In this document: positions 1 to 7,950 of the stretch, piece by piece
Layout: each line of letters opens with the position of its first letter
How positions within the stretch are numbered: position 1 is the first letter of the stretch
Source: a virus
Taxonomy: Duplodnaviria > Caudoviricetes
Virus record (IMG/VR): IMGVR_UViG_3300047160_036266
Coordinates: 256,001-320,000 of that record
Direction: 5' to 3' (one strand)
DNA length: 64,000 nucleotides
Notes under the pieces: generated by a model
Database searches by the model: none
The model's input: the letters and a program-made list of their open reading frames with translations, nothing else
Told to the model about the DNA's origin: nothing
Translations under genes and position numbers: made by a program

Positions 1-295
1 ATTTTATGTCGGCGTACAGTACAAAACCGTCCGGTAGTAATCTCGTGCCAGCCTCGTCCACATCGCCCAGGCATACCTGGGAGTCCAGCGAGTCCAGACT
101 GATAAATACCTGCGACGGCGTATAGTTCGTTGCAATTTTAATCTCGTGATGCCCGTTGCCCAGGATCAATTCCCCTTGTTCGCTCGTATGTGCAGCACAG
201 CAGGTTTCAAGGAGCATCTTCAAGGCATCCAACGAGGCGGCTACTGATAATGCAGCAGCCTGACAGTCACAGCCCACGGGTGGCTTGTTGCTCAT
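1..295 (-). CDS. Hypothetical protein, 3'-truncated by the window edge (MSNKPPVGCDCQAAALSVAASLDALKMLLETCCAAH...)
   Basis: Not in the ORF track. Manual translation gives an ATG at 295 preceded by SD AAGGAGG and an open frame to position 1. Co-oriented downstream of the portal. Confidence 0.75.
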   Translation of the reverse strand, partial: MSNKPPVGCDCQAAALSVAASLDALKMLLETCCAAHTSEQGELILGNGHHEIKIATNYTPSQVFISLDSLDSQVCLGDVDEAGTRLLPDGFVLYADIK

Positions 296-362
296 AGAGC
301 CTCCTTGTATCGAAAGACCTGGAGTATGTAGGCGGATGGAACGGTTTTTTATCTAAATTCGT

Positions 363-2945
363 TCAATCTTCACCTATGCTGTAGTCGATGTCCTCTTCGT
401 CCTGCTCAGCCTCATAATCTTGAATCTCCAGATCAAATTTCCTAATGTCTTCGTCGTCCGGTTCCGCCAGCGGTGCCCCTTCGGCGGGATTCGGCCCTGG
501 TGCGCCACTCGGACCCGTTTCAGGCGGCGATTCCATCGCCACCCCACCGCCAGGCGGTGGAGCGCCGCCTCCTGGCGGCGGTGTAAGACCCATCGTGCCG
601 GGTCCACCCGGCCCAGGTGACGGTCCCAGCATCGGACTTGGGCCTCCCGGTTCCGTGCCCATTTCCTGGCCGGGCTGGGGAGTCTGCCCCGGTACGCCCA
701 CACCCAGCAGTTGTGGGTTCTGAGCCAAGACCTGCAACTTCAGGTCTTCGAGTTTCTGTATCTTCAGCCGGGCAAGCATTTCTTCGGCCTCTTCCGTGCT
801 ATATTTCATCCACTTCGTCTGGATGTCCCAATCCGCCATTAGCTGAGAGGATTTCAGGCTGCTCGCGTTGTTTATACGGTTCGTCGTGACTTCCGCCCGG
901 CTGAGTTCCCGCCAATCGCTCGGCGGGGTCATCTTTATGCGTAGGTCGTCGTATGACTCTTCGGGGAACCCCCGTAGTTGCAGGTGACGGTCGGCCATCT
1001 CCCACAAACCATCTTCCATGTGCGACTGCAACCGCTCGATCATGCGGGCGAACTTGATGTCCTGCGCACTGAGCGTGATGCGAGTTGCGTTGGGGTCTTC
1101 GTTATTGAAGTAATTCTTGGGAAAATTCAGGGCGGCGAACAACTTATTTCTGAAATAAACGGCGTCATCAATCTCACCAAGGTTCTGCGCCCCCGGCAAC
1201 GTGTCGATCTTGGTGTTAGAGTTGGGCCTGATCGGCAACCAATAGTCCTCATCCGCCGCCGGCGCGTGCCAGCGTTCTTCGACTATGGAGGAGGCACCGA
1301 ACTGGCTGCCCCGGCTGCTGGCTATCTTCTTCTTGCGGAACTGGTCCTTCATCCGCTCGATAAATGCCTCTGCCTTGAAGGGCGGCAACTGGCCGACATC
1401 AATATAGAACACCCGACGCTCCGGCGCACGGGTCAACCGATACACCACCATCGCGTCTTCCATCAACCGCAACTGGTGAGCCGGTCCACGGGCCGCTTCA
1501 ACCAGAGACACCCCGTAGGGGTAGAAGGTCTTGCGATCATCCCCGATGCGGATGTGGACAATCTGCTCTGGGGCAAACCGTATGGCGGTTGCCTGCATGA
1601 TTTCGGAGTCGGTCGCCTGGACCACCGGGGCGCGAATGAGGCTTTGGTAGTCGGGGCCTTCCTTGCTTTGCTGGAACTCCACCACCTTGCCCTTGGTCGT
1701 CTCGATGCGGTATATTGACTCTGGCGGCAGGCGGACTATTTTCATCACACCGTCCTTGGGCTGGTCCGGGTTGATGACTATTTCGTAGAACAAGTCGCCA
1801 AAGATGCACAGGTTCTTGAAGTCGCTCCAGGTACGGCGGTCCATGTTCAGCATCAGGCGGTGGAAAAATAGGAACTCAAGCTCCTCCTTGACATCCCGGT
1901 TCTTGCATTCGATTTTGAAGACGTGGTTATTCTCGTCCTTCTGGCAGTTGTGGAATATCACGGATTTTGAGCAAAAGTTCTGGTGGCCCTCTACGGACAA
2001 GTCGTATACGTCCATTGTCTGGTATTCTTGAATACCAATGACCCGGCGGCGGTCCTCCTTCTTCGCCAAATGCCGTATTTCTTTAAGGGAGAAACCTTCC
2101 TTTTGCAGACATAACTTGATGGTATTCCAGTCGTGGGGGACCGTCCGCTTGATGTCATTCATCGCCATGCCGGCGCTGGCAGCCCGGATGATCTTGTTCA
2201 ACCTTTCGTATCGTGCCTCCGGGTGGCCGCACCGCCATTGCTCCACGAACTGCCGCTCGTGCATCCAGCCCTGTGTGTGCGTGAAGATGCGTGGGAACTG
2301 GCTGGTCTTGAGCTTCGTGAAGTTTTGGTTGGCCTTGACCCGGTAGAAGGGCATCAACTCGTCACCAAACTTGAGGCCCCCGGCCATCGTCCATTCGCCC
2401 GAACGCAACAATACTCGATGGTCCGGGGTGGCGATGAAATGATCGCCATTATCCAGCACCACCTTCACAGTTGGGGCGGTTTTGGTCTTGCGAGGAGCGA
2501 AACCCCAGCCCAGGGTGTAGTCGCCCTTGGCAAAGTCCCAGCAATACAGTAGAAACTTCTCGTCGGGCTTGTTCTTGGCCAGCCACTCGATGGTCGGGAA
2601 TCCGAAGGGGGTAGCGATCTCTGTGTCGCCCGCCACGCACGCCTCGTCGGCAAAGACCGTCATCGCCATCTCAATCTCGGCCACGTTGCGGAGACGTTCG
2701 TACTCCTTGTACCGGGACATGCGGTTGCTGACGGTAGAAAGGTCGATGAAGTCCTGTGTCTCCCGGTAACGCACGAGCCGCTGCTCATTGCCGCCCCAGA
2801 AGGAACCGTCCGGCCCCATGCTGGGAATGGCGTCGGGCTGCGAGATGCCAGCGCCGGTCAAGTCCCTTACGTCGATCTTCCTCGCCAGAGGGTCTTTCGC
2901 AAAGGCGTAGGTGAATAGCTTGAAATAGTCAGCCCATATAGGCAT
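363..2945 (-). CDS. Portal protein (T4 gp20-like) interrupted by an intein, with a Pro/Gly-rich and acidic C-terminal tail
   Basis: gp20-like motifs GDLFYEIVIN, YGVSLVEAAR, QLRLMEDAMVVYRLTRAPERRVFYIDVGQLP, EDYWLP and IDTLPGAQNLGEIDDAVYFRNKLFAAL; SD GGAGG upstream. Confidence 0.93.
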   Translation of the reverse strand: MPIWADYFKLFTYAFAKDPLARKIDVRDLTGAGISQPDAIPSMGPDGSFWGGNEQRLVRYRETQDFIDLSTVSNRMSRYKEYERLRNVAEIEMAMTVFADEACVAGDTEIATPFGFPTIEWLAKNKPDEKFLLYCWDFAKGDYTLGWGFAPRKTKTAPTVKVVLDNGDHFIATPDHRVLLRSGEWTMAGGLKFGDELMPFYRVKANQNFTKLKTSQFPRIFTHTQGWMHERQFVEQWRCGHPEARYERLNKIIRAASAGMAMNDIKRTVPHDWNTIKLCLQKEGFSLKEIRHLAKKEDRRRVIGIQEYQTMDVYDLSVEGHQNFCSKSVIFHNCQKDENNHVFKIECKNRDVKEELEFLFFHRLMLNMDRRTWSDFKNLCIFGDLFYEIVINPDQPKDGVMKIVRLPPESIYRIETTKGKVVEFQQSKEGPDYQSLIRAPVVQATDSEIMQATAIRFAPEQIVHIRIGDDRKTFYPYGVSLVEAARGPAHQLRLMEDAMVVYRLTRAPERRVFYIDVGQLPPFKAEAFIERMKDQFRKKKIASSRGSQFGASSIVEERWHAPAADEDYWLPIRPNSNTKIDTLPGAQNLGEIDDAVYFRNKLFAALNFPKNYFNNEDPNATRITLSAQDIKFARMIERLQSHMEDGLWEMADRHLQLRGFPEESYDDLRIKMTPPSDWRELSRAEVTTNRINNASSLKSSQLMADWDIQTKWMKYSTEEAEEMLARLKIQKLEDLKLQVLAQNPQLLGVGVPGQTPQPGQEMGTEPGGPSPMLGPSPGPGGPGTMGLTPPPGGGAPPPGGGVAMESPPETGPSGAPGPNPAEGAPLAEPDDEDIRKFDLEIQDYEAEQDEEDIDYSIGED
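1947..2639 (-). mobile_element. Intein (231 aa) in the portal protein
   Basis: Block A CVAGDTEIAT after ADEA; block B FIATPDHRVL; block F VYDLSVEGHQNF; block G HN followed by a +1 Cys (VIFHN|CQKD). Confidence 0.92.
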
Positions 2946-3021
2946 AAAACCTCCCCTTCTAATTAAGTACAGCTAGTTATTAAGCTTGCTGTTGTTTTTT
3001 GCGGGAGGAATATATAAAGCC

Positions 3022-4368
3022 ATGCACGGATTCAGGAATTGGATGGAAGCAGAGACGAGCGCCCTCGAAGACGAGATCATGTCCGCCGTCAATGATGAGG
3101 ATGTATCCCAGCCCTACTTCAACGCCCTGCTCCACCAGTGGGTGAAGCAAAGCAACCCCACACTGTCCGGGGTCAAGCTTCAGCGGGGCTACGCGCCGCC
3201 CTATAACACCACCTTCCTGAGCGGTCAGTACAGCCCCTCGCTGGCCGATATTTCCGGGCACCGCATCGAGGAATATGGATTCTCCGGCGTCGGCCTGATC
3301 GTCCAGCCTTTTACCGCCGATTATTTGCGCAGTGACACCCTCCAGAACTTCGACGGTATCGCCATTGACAATGGCATGTTCACCGAAGCAGGCCAGCGGA
3401 ATTTCACCTGGGATAAGTACGAGAAGATGGTGAAGGTCGCTCTGGCGCAAGAGAAGAGGGAGATACTACGCAAGTTCCATTTCTTCACCGTCCCGGACCA
3501 GCCGTTTGATTGGGCCAGGACTATGCAGAAGTTCCAGGCCAGTCGGCCTTATGTGGAACGCCTACGCAAGTACGGCGCACCCGTCGCCATCTGCATACAG
3601 AACGGAGCAACGGAGAAGACCGTGCCGTGGGACGACGTGGATGTAATCTTTATTGGCGGCGATGATAAGTGGAAGGTAGGGTCAGAGGCTCAGGCAATCG
3701 TGCAGGAGGCGCAAAAGAGAAAGAAGACCGTTCACATGGGCCGGGTCAATAACCTTAAACGTATGAACGTCGCCTCCGGTTGGGGTGTGGAGACAGCGGA
3801 CGGTACTTATATCATGCACGAGTTGGCCAAGTCCCTCCATGACATTGAAAGGAAGAACCCCATGAGGCCAGGCGAGTCGCCGCAGGATTATGCCAAGCGT
3901 CTCAAACGTATTCTTCATGGAGAGCATCAGCCCACCGACATGGACTCCAAGGAACGTCACCAGACGGAACCGGAGATCGTCGGCAACTTCGTGAACTATG
4001 TGCTGGACAACCAACAACGCAGTCATCTGGAACGCCGCTATGCCGAGATTGCCTCTCTGGTCAAGCAGATGGGCAAACGGCCTCTGAACAAGCGGACGTT
4101 GTGGGAATACGACCGCTTTATGCCCCAGGTGCCGGGGATGGAACATGATGAAGACGTGGTGGAGTTCGACCCGGAGGGGAACGTGCGCGTGGACGCCGCA
4201 GGTCGTCCGATAAGGAATGCCGAACTGTTCAGTGGACTAATGCTGCGCGTACCCTATCGGGAGATGCCGGAAGGTATCCCTTCCGACCCGAAGAACTACA
4301 AAGTCTACACCAATTACATCAATCGTTATATTGCGCGAATGCGCGACCTGGGCGTGATGCCTAAGTAA
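3022..4368 (+). CDS. TGT-fold (DpdA-like) base-exchange transglycosylase with N- and C-terminal extensions
   Basis: TGT-barrel motif order DNGMF, VPD, IQNG, FIGG, VHMGRVN, TADGT. Start reassigned to the ATG at 3022 (MHGFRNWMEAE); the track ORF starts at 2986. Confidence 0.7.
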   Translation: MHGFRNWMEAETSALEDEIMSAVNDEDVSQPYFNALLHQWVKQSNPTLSGVKLQRGYAPPYNTTFLSGQYSPSLADISGHRIEEYGFSGVGLIVQPFTADYLRSDTLQNFDGIAIDNGMFTEAGQRNFTWDKYEKMVKVALAQEKREILRKFHFFTVPDQPFDWARTMQKFQASRPYVERLRKYGAPVAICIQNGATEKTVPWDDVDVIFIGGDDKWKVGSEAQAIVQEAQKRKKTVHMGRVNNLKRMNVASGWGVETADGTYIMHELAKSLHDIERKNPMRPGESPQDYAKRLKRILHGEHQPTDMDSKERHQTEPEIVGNFVNYVLDNQQRSHLERRYAEIASLVKQMGKRPLNKRTLWEYDRFMPQVPGMEHDEDVVEFDPEGNVRVDAAGRPIRNAELFSGLMLRVPYREMPEGIPSDPKNYKVYTNYINRYIARMRDLGVMPK

Positions 4369-5551
4369 CGTCTTGCAATCCCAAGAGCTTGAGATATTTT
4401 CGGTACTTATTCAGGGCCTTGCCTCGTAGACCCCGGTAAAGACCCTGCTGCTGGTAGTGCCTGAAGGTGTCAATCCAGCGTTGGCGATATGCCTGGGCCT
4501 CCGGCGTGTCCTGGCCCCGGAACTGCTGGTCGAAGGGTAAGTCTCGGTAGCGATAAGTACCGCCCCGTTTCACCAGCGGATCGCCCTCTGGGGCGTAAGG
4601 CGCACTCACATTCAGATCGGAGGGCGTGAATAGCTCCCGGCGTTGCCCGGTGTAGGGATTGATATTGCCGTGAGGATCGAGGCTCATAAACACATCCTTC
4701 TTGACGGCGGGCCGTTTCTCCGATGCCTTGCGGTCGATGCTTAGGTTTATGATGTCACGGCCCTCTGGATCGGTATAGACAGGCATCTTGAGTTTTCCCC
4801 GCTCCAAGGGCTTGTATCGCCACATGGGATCGACACCTACCATAGCCTGGTGTCTCCAAACGTCTAGGTCTTTGAGCTTGCGTTTCTTCATGATTGCTTG
4901 CCACAATTCGGCCCAGAAGTCATAGTCCTTACGGCTGGGAGTCTCATTAGGCACCACCCGCTGAAGCTCCGCTAACGACAGGCCCTTGGTGAACCGGGCG
5001 GGCAATGTCTCGCCCTTCATGTCCATGTCTTGGAGGATTCGCTTCATGGCCCGGAGGATGTGACGGTCAAGAACCGCAGGCTGTCCTTTGTCCTGGTTCA
5101 AGTATATTTTGATGAAGTTGACGATTTTGCTGCTGACGTTAGGAATGCTATGCAGGTATTCTTCGATCTTATCCGGGGGCCAGGATTTCATGTCATCCAG
5201 ATCGACCTTGGAAACGTCAACGAAACTGCGGGCCAAACGATTGAACGTACCCAGGCCGGCACGGGCTATATTCCTGACGAGGGTGCCTTTGTCAATCATG
5301 GTCCGAATGCGATGGAATGGGGTGCCGCCTGCACCACCCATGCTCGGCTCCTCAAAGGAAAGAAAGTGCATGAGGCCACGAGCCTGTTGGTGGGAGGGCT
5401 TACCGGCGGACAGAATGGTGAAGAGGATGTAGAACTCGCCTTTGGCCTGGTCTTTGTAGTCGAGGCCAATCTGTGGGTCGTCCAGGTAATACGGATCGAC
5501 TACCTCCGGCCCAATGATTTCGTCCAGGCGCAGCCACTCTTTGAAGTTCAC
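4361..5551 (-). CDS. HhH-GPD-family DNA glycosylase-like protein (OGG/N-glycosylase type) with C-terminal extension
   Basis: HhH-like LHSIPNVSSKIVNFI with Lys, then AVLDRHILR (Asp motif typical of archaeal-type 8-oxoG glycosylases). GTG start. Confidence 0.65.
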   Translation of the reverse strand: MNFKEWLRLDEIIGPEVVDPYYLDDPQIGLDYKDQAKGEFYILFTILSAGKPSHQQARGLMHFLSFEEPSMGGAGGTPFHRIRTMIDKGTLVRNIARAGLGTFNRLARSFVDVSKVDLDDMKSWPPDKIEEYLHSIPNVSSKIVNFIKIYLNQDKGQPAVLDRHILRAMKRILQDMDMKGETLPARFTKGLSLAELQRVVPNETPSRKDYDFWAELWQAIMKKRKLKDLDVWRHQAMVGVDPMWRYKPLERGKLKMPVYTDPEGRDIINLSIDRKASEKRPAVKKDVFMSLDPHGNINPYTGQRRELFTPSDLNVSAPYAPEGDPLVKRGGTYRYRDLPFDQQFRGQDTPEAQAYRQRWIDTFRHYQQQGLYRGLRGKALNKYRKYLKLLGLQDVT

Positions 5552-5579
5552 GACCTATTTAGGGTTACTCTGATATATT

Positions 5580-6149
5580 GTGAAGAAAGTTTGCTTCCTG
5601 CTCACCCACCAATGCTCCGGTTCTGAGCCGCTGCTGGAAACCCTTGGGGCGAACCCACGCATCCAGGTTTACCGCACGGGCCGGACCTACCTTCATCCCT
5701 TGTCTCTCGAAGACCTGACGGGGATGCCCCACAAAACCCGCAACGCCGCCGCCGTCTGGTTGGACGAGATTCGCTACAACTATCAGTTCGGGAACAAATC
5801 GCTGTACCCTCTCGCCAGGTTCCTTTATATGGTTCGCCCGGCGGCACCCACGCTGACTTGTCTCGTGACGGGCGGCTACGAGCCTGACTTTGCAGCCCGC
5901 TATTATTGTTATCGGCTCAGGCGGCTGGCGGAAATGGCGAAACGTACCCCCGGCGCAATCCTTATCACGCCCGATAAGCCTGCCCTAGACTTGGTTGCAG
6001 AGTACCTGTCCTTGAAGCAACCCTTGCTATCGTTCCAGGCCCAGCCGGCGGTCGTGGCGTCCCTCGATTGGGAGTTGGTCCGGCACTGCGAGGAGCGTTA
6101 CGAATGGCATTTGTTTTTCATGAAGCAGTTCCTACGCTTCGAGAGGTAG
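5580..6149 (+). CDS. Sulfotransferase-fold protein, possibly degenerate
   Basis: N-terminal FLLTHQCSGSEPLLETLGANPRI resembles the 5'-PSB loop region; YMVRPAAPTL resembles the 3'-PB strand. Confidence 0.45.
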   Translation: MKKVCFLLTHQCSGSEPLLETLGANPRIQVYRTGRTYLHPLSLEDLTGMPHKTRNAAAVWLDEIRYNYQFGNKSLYPLARFLYMVRPAAPTLTCLVTGGYEPDFAARYYCYRLRRLAEMAKRTPGAILITPDKPALDLVAEYLSLKQPLLSFQAQPAVVASLDWELVRHCEERYEWHLFFMKQFLRFER

Positions 6150-6686
6150 GGTCGTCTTTTTCCCACTGCGGGATGAAAATACAATCCCGGCAACCTCGAA
6201 TTTCTTTCCCTCAAAATCCCTATTCCCCGCTAGATCGTCGGCTTTGCCACGCTTGACGTAGGCGATGGTGACGTGTGGCTTATAAACCGGATAGGAGTTG
6301 GTTACTTCAAGGTGGTCATTGAGCCGCTGGTGGAGGCGATGTAGTTCGGAGCTTCGCACGTCGATTTTGACCACATCGAATTTGGGGTTTGTCTTAAATA
6401 AGGTCACTCGCCCCAGCTTGCAGGTGAAGGGCTTCTGGGACCGCAGAAGCTCCTGCACCGGCTTGGGGTCATCCGTGTGGATGCCGTAGAGGACGGTGGT
6501 GTGAATTTCGTTCTCCCGACCAAAGCTGGGATCATCCGGGTCGGTGTACACAACCCCGTGGGTGATGCGCTGATGACCCCATTCAATAATCTGGTCCGAT
6601 AGGTCGTCCGGCAAATATATTTGCGTGGAGGAATAACTGTATACAACGTCGTGCATCTCGTTAGCCAAGAATTGCCGAAACGTCAT
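6132..6686 (-). CDS. 2H phosphoesterase (2'-5' RNA ligase superfamily), Acb1/T4 57B-like
   Basis: Two HxT motifs (EIHTTVLYG, YKPHVTIAY). Start reassigned to the ATG at 6686 (MTFRQFLANE) behind SD AAGGAG. Confidence 0.8.
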   Translation of the reverse strand: MTFRQFLANEMHDVVYSYSSTQIYLPDDLSDQIIEWGHQRITHGVVYTDPDDPSFGRENEIHTTVLYGIHTDDPKPVQELLRSQKPFTCKLGRVTLFKTNPKFDVVKIDVRSSELHRLHQRLNDHLEVTNSYPVYKPHVTIAYVKRGKADDLAGNRDFEGKKFEVAGIVFSSRSGKKTTLPLEA

Positions 6687-6999
6687 CGTCTCCTTCGGTT
6701 TGTTGTTTCTTGCGGCGTTCAGCAATCTCGTCTATCTTTCTTTTTTCTTCGGCAATCATGCTGTCGATGTAGTGTAAGGTTTCCTTCACGCCCATGCCAG
6801 GTACGGCCCCAACGCCCCAATGCTGTTGGTACTGTTCCTGCTCAGCCTGTTGCCTCTTTTCCCGCTTCTTCTCCACCTGCTCCACCTTGGTCAAGGCGGC
6901 GTTTAGGTGATACCGGGCTTCCGACAGGGTAAAATCCTGTGGGCACTCCCGGATAGCTTGTTGTAGCAAAGTCCTTAGTCGTTGGGTATTATTCTTCAT
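6661..6999 (-). CDS. Hypothetical helical protein
   Basis: 112-aa ORF overlapping both neighbours in an operon-like arrangement. Confidence 0.7.
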   Translation of the reverse strand: MKNNTQRLRTLLQQAIRECPQDFTLSEARYHLNAALTKVEQVEKKREKRQQAEQEQYQQHWGVGAVPGMGVKETLHYIDSMIAEEKRKIDEIAERRKKQQTEGDDDVSAILG

Positions 7000-7949
7000 C
7001 CCGCACCCTCTCCAATTAACTCAATGTATTTAATGGGTATCTCGTTGTTTCCTGCCGGCTCATATTCGCCCGGTTGCACCTGCACCAGATGCCTGGTGTC
7101 CACACGCACCTTCCAGGTATCATGAATGGATGGGAGCGGGGCACGTTCCGTCATCAGGCGGGGATAAATCTCGGCATTCCCCAGGACCGATAGTTGGCGG
7201 CGAGCGTCAGCGTATACGTCTCGCTCCTCGCAGGTAGCGTTGAAATATAGCGTCATCACCTTCCTGGCCGACACGGATCGGGGTTGTTGAATCTCCTTAA
7301 TCAACCCGAAAAAGTCCCTTTGCAGGCCATCGTCAACATAAAACGCCTCGCTGTTTTCATCGAGGGTCCATACTTCCAAACCGCCGGGGGCCAGCCCGCA
7401 GCCAAATTTGCCGCTGGCCGGCGGTCGGCTTACTTCCACGACCGCTTTCTCCACCGGATAGACCCATTCCCTTCCCTGGGGTTCTTTTGGCACGATCCCA
7501 ATAAGGGACTTAAAGCCCGGCAAGAATAGGCTGGCGGTTTCCAGAAGCTTTCCCAGCTTGTGCATATTCTTGCTGGTCTTGTGCATCAACAACCGGAGGG
7601 TTTCCTGCTCGTTGAGTTGGGGCTTTGCGCCGTAGAGACAGTATGCCTTGAACTGGAAGAGGGCTTCTGGCATCGGCCCTTGGTTCCATTCTTGGTAGGC
7701 GCTATATGCTGCCTGGATTTTGCGGGGGTTCATGCTGGACAGTGCCACCATGAACGGATTGGTCTGCGGATAGTGCTGATTCAACAAACACTGCTCAATG
7801 GCCACCTTCTCGGCCTCACTGCTTTCGATATAGTCCTCACGCCAGACCACATTTTTCAGGCGCTCGGTCAATGCTGCCTCATAGGCTTCAAGGCTAATGG
7901 CAATTTTGTTGGAACACTTGAAGTCAACATACTGCTGGAATTGGCTCAT
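6996..7949 (-). CDS. Hypothetical protein (317 aa)
   Basis: Start reassigned to the ATG at 7949 (MSQFQQYVDF), 1 nt after the terminase stop. The 5' part of the track ORF lies in another frame of the terminase. Confidence 0.75.
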   Translation of the reverse strand: MSQFQQYVDFKCSNKIAISLEAYEAALTERLKNVVWREDYIESSEAEKVAIEQCLLNQHYPQTNPFMVALSSMNPRKIQAAYSAYQEWNQGPMPEALFQFKAYCLYGAKPQLNEQETLRLLMHKTSKNMHKLGKLLETASLFLPGFKSLIGIVPKEPQGREWVYPVEKAVVEVSRPPASGKFGCGLAPGGLEVWTLDENSEAFYVDDGLQRDFFGLIKEIQQPRSVSARKVMTLYFNATCEERDVYADARRQLSVLGNAEIYPRLMTERAPLPSIHDTWKVRVDTRHLVQVQPGEYEPAGNNEIPIKYIELIGEGAG

Positions 7950-7950
7950 G

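Noticed and set aside
2050-2350. Active homing endonuclease in the portal intein
   Set aside because: The insert is only ~100 aa, with no complete LAGLIDADG or HNH motif.
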